Position numbers and translations under genes: made by a program
The notes under the pieces: generated by a model
What the model was told of the DNA's origin: nothing
Seen by the model: only the letters and a program-made list of their open reading frames with translations
The model's database searches: none
In this document: positions 8,529 through 17,395 of the stretch, one piece after another
Numbering within the stretch: position 1 is the stretch's first letter
Layout: each line of letters starts with the position of its first letter
Assembly (NCBI GenBank): GCA_003250395.1
Contig: QKGM01000044.1
Coordinates: forward strand, 116,550-180,549
DNA from: Bacteroidota bacterium
Lineage (GTDB): Bacteria; Bacteroidota; Bacteroidia; Bacteroidales; TTA-H9
Reading direction: 5' to 3'
DNA length: 64,000 bases

Positions 8529-9953
8529 ATGAAGATCCGTTTAAATGTGTTGAAGACAGTATTTCTAATGCTGTCAATGTTTTTTTTATTGGTCTCTTGT
8601 GCAACATGGTATCAAAAGAGCCAGAAATTCCAGGCAGCGGTTACTTCCGGAAACTTTAAAGAGGCGCAGAAACTGATAAACAAAACCAGTAAAGAAGCAA
8701 AGGGAAAAAACCGCTTCCTCTACTTTACCGATGCGGGATGGGTAAACCAGATGACCGGAAATTATGATACAAGCAACTACTGGCTAAACCAGGCAGATTA
8801 CTACATTGAAGATTACCAGAAAAGTATAGGAGCCGAAGCACTGGCTCTTGTTACCAATCCTGAAGTTAAACCGTATGCACCTGAAGATCCTGAGAAGGTA
8901 ATGGTTAATTATTATAAAGCCATTAATTATATCGAAAAGGGTGATATGGAATCAGCTTTGGTAGAAGCCCGCAGGATCAACATCAAACTGAACGAACTAA
9001 ATGATAAATACGGAAAACGGAAGAACCGCTATTCAAACGATGCTTTCGCGCATGTTTTAATGGGGCTGGTTTATGATGCTACCAATGATTATAACAACGC
9101 ATTTATCGCTTACAGAAATGCTGCTCTTGTTTACGACTCTCTTTACACGAAACAGTTCGATGTTACCATACCTGAAAGCCTCAGGCAAGATTTGTTGAGA
9201 ACAGCATGGCTCAATGGATTCAATGACGAACTGAATCATTTCGAGAAACAATTCAATACTAAATATAAGCATGACCCAATGGGAGAGAGAGGTCAGGTGA
9301 TTGTACTCTGGGAAAATGGGTTCGGGCCAATAAAAGATGAATGGAGTATTAATTTTTCCATTATTCGAGGTGGTGGTGGCCTTGTAACATTTCAATCTTC
9401 CGAACTCGGGATCTCCTTTCCATTCTATCTTGGAGGAACCAATAAAGCGACTTCACTTAATGACCTTGACTATATAAGGGTCGCATTCCCTAAATATTTA
9501 ATTCGACCGAATGTTTACAACGGTGCAACCCTTTCCGGAGGCGGTATTTCCAAAACATTAGACAAGGCCCAGGATGTAAGTGCACTACTAGTAAAAACAC
9601 TCAACGACAGAATGCTTCGTGAAATGGCAAATTCTTTATTAAGACTTGCAGCTAAAAAGTCTCTTGAATCGGTAGTCCGTGATCAGGACAAAACGGTCGG
9701 TACGTTATTCAGTATCGTTAACGCAGTAACTGAAAAGGCAGATACAAGAAACTGGCAGACTCTCCCCTCTGAAATATGGTATACCAGGATGATGCTTCCG
9801 GTAGGGAAGCAGAAAATAACCTTATCGACCACATCAGCAGGAGGGTATAGTAAGGATCATTCTATTGAAGTGGAGATCAGAAAGGGGAAAACGACCTTCG
9901 TTACTTTCAGAAGCCTGGAAGCTGGGTTCCCTACTCCGGTCAATTATAAATAA
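8529..9953 (+). CDS. Hypothetical lipoprotein (COG3014-like, TPR-like N-terminal region)
   Basis: ORF 8511..9953. The ATG at 8529 is preferred because the GTG at 8511 lies in the hairpin tail. Lipoprotein signal (LLVSC). Confidence 0.5.
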   Translation: MKIRLNVLKTVFLMLSMFFLLVSCATWYQKSQKFQAAVTSGNFKEAQKLINKTSKEAKGKNRFLYFTDAGWVNQMTGNYDTSNYWLNQADYYIEDYQKSIGAEALALVTNPEVKPYAPEDPEKVMVNYYKAINYIEKGDMESALVEARRINIKLNELNDKYGKRKNRYSNDAFAHVLMGLVYDATNDYNNAFIAYRNAALVYDSLYTKQFDVTIPESLRQDLLRTAWLNGFNDELNHFEKQFNTKYKHDPMGERGQVIVLWENGFGPIKDEWSINFSIIRGGGGLVTFQSSELGISFPFYLGGTNKATSLNDLDYIRVAFPKYLIRPNVYNGATLSGGGISKTLDKAQDVSALLVKTLNDRMLREMANSLLRLAAKKSLESVVRDQDKTVGTLFSIVNAVTEKADTRNWQTLPSEIWYTRMMLPVGKQKITLSTTSAGGYSKDHSIEVEIRKGKTTFVTFRSLEAGFPTPVNYK

Positions 9954-9977
9954 AGCAGGCTCCAGGTTCTCACATCT

Positions 9978-11363
9978 CTAAAATGTAAGTGAGAATATTG
10001 TTCCCTCTTCTGGTCTGGATTTTACAGATATAGAACCTTTGTGCAGTTGCATAATTTGACGGGAAAGACTAAGCCCGATCCCTGAACCTTCTTTTTTCGA
10101 TGTAAAAAAAGGCATGAATATTTTATCGATAATATCTGGCTTAATTCCTGATCCATTATCGATAATGTCTATTGTAATCCTCCCGTTTTTGTTGGCATAG
10201 GCCTCGATTCCAATTTTCCCTTCTTCTCTGCCTTTTAGTGCATCCAGTGCATTTAATATCAGGTTTATAAAAACCTGATCGATAAGGTCAGGATCAGCGG
10301 TAAGCATCAGGTCAGGGGGTGAAGCCCTGAATGTGAAAGATACGTTTTGTTCAGTTAACCTGGGTTTCATTAAACGCTGAAGTCTATCGAAAGCTTCTGT
10401 AACGGGGAAGTAACGAAAATTAGGTTTTGGTATCCGGGTGAGGTTTCGGTAGATTTCAACAAAATTGAGCAAACCATTGCTTCTGTTTTGGATTGTCAGC
10501 AAAGCATCGTGAACATTTTGCACATCTTCCTGATCCAACTCACGTGCTTTAGGAGGTGATATTTCAGCATCAATCAGCATGTCAGTAACGGTAGATGCCA
10601 ACGACGAAATCGGGGTGATTGAATTCATTATCTCATGAGTCAATACTCTGATTAGTTTCTGCCATGATTCAATCTCCTTCTCTTCCAGTTCACTGTGAAT
10701 ATTTTGAAGCGAGACCAATACGTATGATTCGTTCCTTAACCTGAATTCGGTGGCATAGATGCTTAACTGGAGTAACTCATTATCTATAAATACTTTTATA
10801 AGTGACCTGTCGCCAGCTTTCATTCTAAGCAGAGACTCAGGCAGCGATTTCTTGATAACACCCAATTCACTAATATTTCTCAGAGGGCTTGTACCAAGCA
10901 GTCGACGAACAGCATGATTCTGCATATCTACTTTTCCATCGCTTCTGAAAGCAATAATCCCTATACTTATGTGCTGAACAACAGTCTGGAGGTAATTAAA
11001 ATGCTCTTCTTTTTCTGCCCGGTTTTTCTTGAATTCTTTAATTACTTCCGTGAACGCTTCACTTAAGCGTTTGAAGCTTTTCCCCATTCCTTTGTCACTA
11101 AATGTAGAAGTGAAATCGGCATGGCGAATACTTTCTAAAAATTGAGTAATCCGGCGATTCGTCCTTTCCACATACCGGATAAGCTCCAATACGGCCATTA
11201 CAGCCATAATTCCAACGATGACAGCACTGAACCTGAACTCATGGTGCATTGACAACCAAATAGTGGCAAACATTAATGCTGCCAGGCCAAGAACACGGCC
11301 TATAACCCCAAACCTGAATCCGTTAAAGGCCATATTTTTCAATTCTACGGTATAGTGATGCAC
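9978..11363 (-). CDS. Sensor histidine kinase (NtrB-like partner of the adjacent sigma-54 regulator)
   Basis: 461 aa. Two N-terminal TM segments, H-box THEIMNSITPI, ATPase boxes NLILNALDA, DNGSGI, GSGIGLSL. The start may instead be the Met at 11333. Confidence 0.85.
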   Translation of the reverse strand: MHHYTVELKNMAFNGFRFGVIGRVLGLAALMFATIWLSMHHEFRFSAVIVGIMAVMAVLELIRYVERTNRRITQFLESIRHADFTSTFSDKGMGKSFKRLSEAFTEVIKEFKKNRAEKEEHFNYLQTVVQHISIGIIAFRSDGKVDMQNHAVRRLLGTSPLRNISELGVIKKSLPESLLRMKAGDRSLIKVFIDNELLQLSIYATEFRLRNESYVLVSLQNIHSELEEKEIESWQKLIRVLTHEIMNSITPISSLASTVTDMLIDAEISPPKARELDQEDVQNVHDALLTIQNRSNGLLNFVEIYRNLTRIPKPNFRYFPVTEAFDRLQRLMKPRLTEQNVSFTFRASPPDLMLTADPDLIDQVFINLILNALDALKGREEGKIGIEAYANKNGRITIDIIDNGSGIKPDIIDKIFMPFFTSKKEGSGIGLSLSRQIMQLHKGSISVKSRPEEGTIFSLTF

Positions 11364-12711
11364 GGGTTAATCCCAATTCCCGGGCAGCCTTACTGATATT
11401 CCCGCCATGTTTATCAATAACCTTACGAACAAGGAGCTTTTCAGTTTCTTCAAGATTATACCCGGCTGATTGAAGATCTGGTTCTTTGTCATCATCACTT
11501 TGATTAAAGAAAAAATCATGAGGTTGAAGAATAGTTCCTTCCCCGAGAATTACAGCCCGTTCAACCGCGTGCTCAAGCTCTCTTATATTTCCAGGCCATG
11601 GATGCTTCTCAAGTCTTTTCACAGTTGCCGGAGCAAGCCTTTTAAAGGGCATCTTATATTTTTTACAGAAAACTGTAAGAAAATGTTCAGCCAGAAGAGG
11701 AATATCTTCGATTCTTTCCCTGAGAGGTGGAATTTGAATTTCTACAGTATTGATCCGGTACAGCAGATCCTGTCTGAACTTGGAATCGTTTACCATCTGA
11801 TAAAGAGGCATATTAGTAGCACATATAAGCCTCACATCTATAGGTATCTCCCGGTTTGTTCCAAGCCTGACCACCTTACGGTTTTGCAGTACACTAAGAA
11901 GTTTTGACTGGAGAGGAAAACTGAGATTACCGATTTCATCGAGGAAGATTGTCCCCTTGCTTGCAGCTTCAAACCTTCCGGCACGATCTTCTTTTGCATC
12001 GGTAAAAGCTCCTTTTTTAAACCCGAACAATTCGCTTTCAAAGAGTGTTTCACTGATAGCCCCTAAATCTACGCTTACAAATACCTCTTTAGATCGAAGC
12101 GAAGCACGGTGAATAGCTCTGGCTATTAACTCCTTGCCAGTCCCATTCTCACCAAGGATCAGAACGTTGGCATCAGTGACAGCTACCTTTGAAACTGTTG
12201 CCAGCACTTTAAGCATTGCCGGCGATTGACCTATCAAATCCTCGTAAGGCTCATTCGCATTGGTCAGTAGAATTTTTTTTTTTGTACGGAGATCTTCCAG
12301 TTCCTTTTTTGATTCCCTGAGCTTCAGATTCGCCTGAATTTCGGCAAGCAGTTTCTTATTATCCCATGGTTTTAACAGAAAATTGGTAGCTCCCTCCTTG
12401 ATTCCCTGCACAGCCAGTTCTATATCGCCATATCCTGTAATAAAGATTACCACGGCAGCGGGATCAATTCCCAGGATTACGTTTAACCAATGAAACCCTT
12501 CTTTACCACTGGTCGCATCACGCGAAAAATTCATATCGAGAAGAATGACGTCATAATTCTCGTTCTGAAGCAGGGTAGGTATGTTACCGGGATCTGGTTC
12601 AGTATGAACAATCTTGATGTGTTGTTTGAGAAATAATTTGGCTGCAAGCAAAACATCCTGATCATCGTCAACAACCAATATTTTGGCTTCAATTTTTTCC
12701 ATAAGCAACAT
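11323..12711 (-). CDS. Sigma-54-dependent response regulator (NtrC family)
   Basis: 462 aa. Receiver domain (ILVVDDDQDV, LLDMNF), AAA+ domain (GENGTGKE, GAFTDA, FLDEIG), C-terminal Fis-type HTH. Confidence 0.9.
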   Translation of the reverse strand: MLLMEKIEAKILVVDDDQDVLLAAKLFLKQHIKIVHTEPDPGNIPTLLQNENYDVILLDMNFSRDATSGKEGFHWLNVILGIDPAAVVIFITGYGDIELAVQGIKEGATNFLLKPWDNKKLLAEIQANLKLRESKKELEDLRTKKKILLTNANEPYEDLIGQSPAMLKVLATVSKVAVTDANVLILGENGTGKELIARAIHRASLRSKEVFVSVDLGAISETLFESELFGFKKGAFTDAKEDRAGRFEAASKGTIFLDEIGNLSFPLQSKLLSVLQNRKVVRLGTNREIPIDVRLICATNMPLYQMVNDSKFRQDLLYRINTVEIQIPPLRERIEDIPLLAEHFLTVFCKKYKMPFKRLAPATVKRLEKHPWPGNIRELEHAVERAVILGEGTILQPHDFFFNQSDDDKEPDLQSAGYNLEETEKLLVRKVIDKHGGNISKAARELGLTRASLYRRIEKYGL

Positions 12712-13000
12712 TTTAGCAATGTTATTGGGATAAATTTCCTCTGTATTACAACCACAGACGTATAAGGGTTATCAAAAGTAAACAATTGTACGGAAATGAA
12801 CAAGATAAATTGAACTTTTTTTTAATCAGTTGTTTAAGAATTGAAAGTCTTCTTTAATTGAAGTTAGTTAGCAGAGGTAGAAGGCTATTATACCAACTAC
12901 CGAATGGTACAAATGGTTTTTGTTGAATACTAGCACGATAACATTGAATTGTCCGACTATCTGACATTTTCATTATCTTGCACCGGTCAAAACCCGATCA

Positions 13001-14929
13001 GTGATGAACCACGAAAATGATCAACATCGTCAAATAATCGATGCCTCACATGAGAGAAGCCGTCGGTTTGGGGTTATGCGTTCACAAAGATTTCCTTCTC
13101 AGGCATTGGCATCAGAAGAACTGGCAAAGCATTTAGCGGGCAGCATCCCGTTTATTGATATGGCTCTGCCTGTGGTACGACAACTTTACGAAGCTGTCAG
13201 GGGATCTGGCTACTTTATAATATTGACTGATGCTGAAGGGTGTATCCTTCATGTAATTGGTGACGATGAAGTGATTGAAGAGGCACAACGGCTCAATATG
13301 GTAACGGGGACTTTCATGACAGAAGAAAGCATCGGTACCAATGCTATGGGAACAGCATTAAGGACCGATAAGCCTATTCAGGTGAATGCAACAGAGCATT
13401 TCATCGACGCCTACCATCGCTGGACCTGTTCTGCTGCTCCCATTCATAATCCGGACGGTGAGATCATCGGGACTTTAAACCTGACCGGGCATGCCCAGGA
13501 TGTTCACCCTCATACGCTTGGACTGGTAATTGCGGCCAAAGAAGCGATTGAAAGTAAGTTTGAAAGCCAGATGATTCAGCATCAGCTTTCAGAAGCTAAC
13601 CAGTACGCTTTCACCCTGATGAACAACCTTTCATTTGGTGTTTTCGCGATAGACCTGAACGATGAAATACACTGGGTAAACGATACCGCCTGTCGTATAC
13701 TGAATATTAGACGACAACTGCTTATTAACAGGCAGATGTCTCTATTCTATAAGGAATGGCCCGGCGTTAAACGAAAAATTCTTTTAGGCGAAACATTTCT
13801 GGATGAAGAGGGCCGTATCATTGTTGAAGGTGTGGATGAGAAATTCATAGTAAATTCTTATCCGATTAAAACTCCCGAGAATGAAATACTCGGATTTATG
13901 ATCACCTTGCGGGAGTATCGCCGGATGCTCAGCTTCGTTAATAAATACGCCGGCAGCCATGCCCGGTATACATTTCAGGACATCATTGGAATCAGCGCCC
14001 CGATCCAGCAGGTTATCAGTTATGCCCGAAAGGTCGCTCCCGGCCCTTCGTCTGTATTGATTACAGGAGAAAGCGGAACTGGTAAGGAGGTTTTTGCCCA
14101 GGCCATCCATAATGCTTCATCCAGGCATGATGGTTCGTTTATTGCCATCAACTGCGGAGCCATCAGCACAACGCTGATTGAAAGCGAGCTCTTCGGGTAT
14201 GAAGACGGAGCTTTTACAGGTGCACGTAAAGGAGGGCGCCCCGGAAAATTTGAACTGGCCGATAAAGGGACTCTCTTCCTCGATGAAATCGGTGAAATGC
14301 CACTTGAAATGCAGGTTAAACTTCTTCGCACAATTCAGGAAGGATCGGTTACCCGGATCGGCGGAGAAAAGGAAATCAGGGTTGATGTCAGGATCATCGC
14401 CGCCACAAACAAAAACCTATCGGAAGAAGTTAGAAAAGGACGTTTCCGTTTAGATCTTTTCTACCGTTTAAATGTTATCCCGCTCAGGATTCCTGCATTA
14501 CGTGAAAGACGTGAAGACATCAGGGCTCTTGTGAAATTTTTTCTGAAACAGAAGGCTACCAGTCTTGGTAAAAACATCCCTTATCTTTCTCCTACATTAA
14601 TGGAGAAAGTGATGGATTATCAGTGGCCCGGAAATATCAGGGAACTGGAGAACTTTATTGAAAAAGCAGTCTTACTGGATGGGAATATACTCCATATCAC
14701 TGAAACAACCCTTCCCCAGGAACACGTGGATCAGGAAGAACGGGGATATATTCACCCGGTAACCACTAAAGATGATCAACCGCTTTTGAGTATAGAAGAG
14801 GCCGAACGTGAAGCGATTCTTCGCGCGATAAAAAAACTGGAAGGAAACATCAGTAAGGCTGCCCGGGTGCTTAAGATCAGCAGAAATACTCTTTATCTTA
14901 AAATGAAAAAATACGACATTCCCTTTTAA
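13001..14929 (+). CDS. Sigma-54-dependent transcriptional activator, AcoR-like (GAF/PAS sensor, no receiver domain)
   Basis: 642 aa. N-terminal GAF-like and PAS-like regions, GESGTGKE, GAFTGA, LFLDEIGE, C-terminal HTH. GTG at 13001, ATG at 13004. Confidence 0.9.
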   Translation: MMNHENDQHRQIIDASHERSRRFGVMRSQRFPSQALASEELAKHLAGSIPFIDMALPVVRQLYEAVRGSGYFIILTDAEGCILHVIGDDEVIEEAQRLNMVTGTFMTEESIGTNAMGTALRTDKPIQVNATEHFIDAYHRWTCSAAPIHNPDGEIIGTLNLTGHAQDVHPHTLGLVIAAKEAIESKFESQMIQHQLSEANQYAFTLMNNLSFGVFAIDLNDEIHWVNDTACRILNIRRQLLINRQMSLFYKEWPGVKRKILLGETFLDEEGRIIVEGVDEKFIVNSYPIKTPENEILGFMITLREYRRMLSFVNKYAGSHARYTFQDIIGISAPIQQVISYARKVAPGPSSVLITGESGTGKEVFAQAIHNASSRHDGSFIAINCGAISTTLIESELFGYEDGAFTGARKGGRPGKFELADKGTLFLDEIGEMPLEMQVKLLRTIQEGSVTRIGGEKEIRVDVRIIAATNKNLSEEVRKGRFRLDLFYRLNVIPLRIPALRERREDIRALVKFFLKQKATSLGKNIPYLSPTLMEKVMDYQWPGNIRELENFIEKAVLLDGNILHITETTLPQEHVDQEERGYIHPVTTKDDQPLLSIEEAEREAILRAIKKLEGNISKAARVLKISRNTLYLKMKKYDIPF

Positions 14930-14961
14930 ATGTCCTAAAATTATACATTGCTATTTATCAT

Positions 14962-14995
14962 GACACCATCCAACAGGAGATGGTGTCTTTTTTTT
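14962..14995 (+). terminator. Intrinsic terminator after the activator gene
   Basis: GACACCATC / GATGGTGTC stem followed by T8. Confidence 0.75.
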
Positions 14996-15064
14996 AAGCA
15001 TAAGTAAATATTTATCGTTTCTCCCCTTACATCATCTCATTGATTTTCTTTTAATTAACACTAT

Positions 15065-15080
15065 TGGCACGACATTGGCA
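15065..15080 (+). promoter_or_regulatory. Sigma-54 (-24/-12) promoter for the alcohol dehydrogenase
   Basis: TGGCACGACATTGGCA matches 11 of 12 specified positions of TGGCACG-N4-TTGCW with GG-N10-GC spacing. It lies 44 nt upstream of the ATG at 15124 and directly downstream of a sigma-54 activator gene. Confidence 0.6.
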
Positions 15081-15123
15081 TAGATTTAGGCTGAATAGAT
15101 AACAAATTAAAAATTCTTGCCTT

Positions 15124-16290
15124 ATGTCACGATTCACATTACCTCGCGATTTATACTTTGGTGCCGGCTCATTAGCCGAACTTAAAAACCTGAAAGGAAC
15201 AAAAGCCATAATCGTTACCGGCGGTAACAGCATGCGACGGAATGGATTTTTACAGAAAACCATTGATTATCTTCATGAAGCCAATATGGAAACAAGGCTT
15301 ATTGAAGGTGTTGAACCCGACCCCTCTGTTGAAACAGTGATGAAAGGAGCTGCAATTATGCGTGAATTTCAGCCTGACTGGATCGTAAGCATTGGAGGAG
15401 GATCACCTATCGACGCTGCTAAAGCAATGTGGATTTTTTATGAACATCCTGAAGCCGATTTCAACGAAGTGGCCAAACCATTCAACATTCCTGCCCTCCG
15501 TAATAAAGCCCGGTTTGTTGCAATCCCCAGCACCAGTGGTACAGCAACCGAAGTAACGGCTTTCTCTGTTATCACCGACTACAGCAAAGGAATTAAATAC
15601 CCGTTGGCCGACTTTGAGATTACCCCTGATGTTGCGATTGTTGATCCCGATCTGGCAATGACAATGCCGACTGAACTAACAGCTCATACCGGTATGGACG
15701 CCCTCACTCACGCTACTGAAGCTTATGTCGCTTCGCTTCACAGCGATTTTACCGACCCTCTTGCCTTGAAAGCTATTCAGATGATTGTTGAGAACCTTCT
15801 AAAATCATATACAGGCGACCCCGAAGCAAGGGTTAAAATGCACTATGCACAGTGTCTGGCAGGGATGGCCTTTAGCAACGCTTTACTTGGAATCGTACAC
15901 AGTATGGCTCATAAAACAGGTGCTGTATTCCATGTGCCACACGGTTGCGCCAACGCAATCTATCTGCCCTATGTCATCGACTACAATAAAAAATGTTGTG
16001 CTTCCAGACTGGCTGATATCCCGAGATTTCTTGGTCTGCAAGGCCAAACCGATGATGAACTGATCGATGCTTATACAACGTTGATTCAACAGATGAACCG
16101 TCAGATGTCGATACCACTTTCTCTGAAGGAATATGGTATCTCTGAAGAAGTATTTCTTGCAAACCTCGACCGCATATCCCGCAACGCGGTTGATGACGCC
16201 TGTACAGGTTGCAACCCAAGGCCAACCGGCGAGTCTGATTTCAGACAACTTTTCAGGTCAGTGTACTATGGTACTAAGGTTACCTATTAA
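15124..16290 (+). CDS. Iron-containing (group III) alcohol dehydrogenase
   Basis: 388 aa. GGGSPIDAAK motif and His-rich metal site (HSMAHKTGAVFHVPHG), typical of butanol/1,3-propanediol-type Fe-ADHs. Confidence 0.9.
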   Translation: MSRFTLPRDLYFGAGSLAELKNLKGTKAIIVTGGNSMRRNGFLQKTIDYLHEANMETRLIEGVEPDPSVETVMKGAAIMREFQPDWIVSIGGGSPIDAAKAMWIFYEHPEADFNEVAKPFNIPALRNKARFVAIPSTSGTATEVTAFSVITDYSKGIKYPLADFEITPDVAIVDPDLAMTMPTELTAHTGMDALTHATEAYVASLHSDFTDPLALKAIQMIVENLLKSYTGDPEARVKMHYAQCLAGMAFSNALLGIVHSMAHKTGAVFHVPHGCANAIYLPYVIDYNKKCCASRLADIPRFLGLQGQTDDELIDAYTTLIQQMNRQMSIPLSLKEYGISEEVFLANLDRISRNAVDDACTGCNPRPTGESDFRQLFRSVYYGTKVTY

Positions 16291-16330
16291 TCCGACCTTC
16301 AACCCTTACGGGTTTTAATATATCACCACC

Positions 16331-16366
16331 TGGTCCGGTAGTGATGAACTGCCGGACCATTTTTTC
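16331..16366 (+). terminator. Intrinsic terminator after the alcohol dehydrogenase
   Basis: TGGTCCGG / CCGGACCA stem followed by T6. Confidence 0.7.
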
Positions 16367-16382
16367 CTAAATCTGCCCCGAT

Positions 16383-17024
16383 ATGAAAATGATTAAAACA
16401 GAAGATACGACTTTGGCAGAACCCACTCTCAAACGGCTCAATTCATATTTGACTGTCGGCAAGATTATGCTCCGACAGGGTTGCCGGCAAATTACCTGCG
16501 AGCAACTGGCCAATGCAACCAACACGGAAACTGAAATGGTAATTTCCGACCTGATATCCAATCCGAGGATGGCCTCTGCTGATAAATTCATTCCTATGGA
16601 CGAACTTGTCGTTGAGATTGAATCTATCCTGCTCAGAGGAATTCGCGAGACCGTAATCGTCGCGGGAACCAGAGAGCGTGTCGGGAAACTTATCAATAGT
16701 TGGGAGTTCGGGGGATACAATTTCAATATAGATGCTGTGTTCAGCCTGGATGGAATTCCTGCCCATGCCATGCAATACGAAATGTTGGAAAACGATCAGG
16801 AACTAACCGCGTGGGGAGAAACATCATCGCTGACTACTGCGGTGCTTGATGCCAGTTATGACCAGGCTCAGTTAATTGCCGACCGTCTTATTTCTCTTGG
16901 CATAAAACATATCTGGAATTTTTCACCATTGGTACTGGTAACAGTTCCCGGGGTGATTGTCGAAAACGTGATCCCCGGGTACCCCAAATGGCACTGTTAT
17001 CAGCACAATACCATGCTGAGCTGA
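16383..17024 (+). CDS. Divergent Rex-family (redox-sensing repressor-like) regulator
   Basis: 213 aa. Alignable by eye to Rex: N-terminal winged helix (TLKRLNSYL..), C-terminal IADRLISLGIKHIWNFSPLVLVTVPGVIVENV. The GxGxxG dinucleotide loop reads AGTRERVG. Confidence 0.6.
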   Translation: MKMIKTEDTTLAEPTLKRLNSYLTVGKIMLRQGCRQITCEQLANATNTETEMVISDLISNPRMASADKFIPMDELVVEIESILLRGIRETVIVAGTRERVGKLINSWEFGGYNFNIDAVFSLDGIPAHAMQYEMLENDQELTAWGETSSLTTAVLDASYDQAQLIADRLISLGIKHIWNFSPLVLVTVPGVIVENVIPGYPKWHCYQHNTMLS

Positions 17025-17123
17025 TCTATATCAGAACTATACCCCGAATGAAACAAACCGGATTCTGTATTTACCGGGCAAACCTGTCAGTCATTTACCC
17101 GCATTAAAAAACCAATCATAACA

Positions 17124-17384
17124 ATGGAAAAAAAGCATCATATTACAATTTGTCTCGGAAGTAGTTGTTTTACCCGCGGAAATGATATAAACCTCGAAGT
17201 TATCAAAAAGTACCTCGAAAAGCACGGGATGAAAGATCAGGTTGACTTCAGAGGTCATTTATGTGCCAACTCGTGCAACAAAGGACCTGTACTCAACATT
17301 GACGGTATTTCTTATTACGAGGTTCAACCCGGGCAGGTAGAACAAATTCTCAACGTTGCACTCAACCACGAAGTAGAAGTGTAA
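17124..17384 (+). CDS. Thioredoxin-like [2Fe-2S] ferredoxin (NuoE/HfsA-like)
   Basis: 86 aa with four Cys in a CLGSSC ... CANSC arrangement. Ends 11 nt before the hydrogenase-like gene. Confidence 0.7.
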   Translation: MEKKHHITICLGSSCFTRGNDINLEVIKKYLEKHGMKDQVDFRGHLCANSCNKGPVLNIDGISYYEVQPGQVEQILNVALNHEVEV

Positions 17385-17395
17385 TTTTTCCGGCC

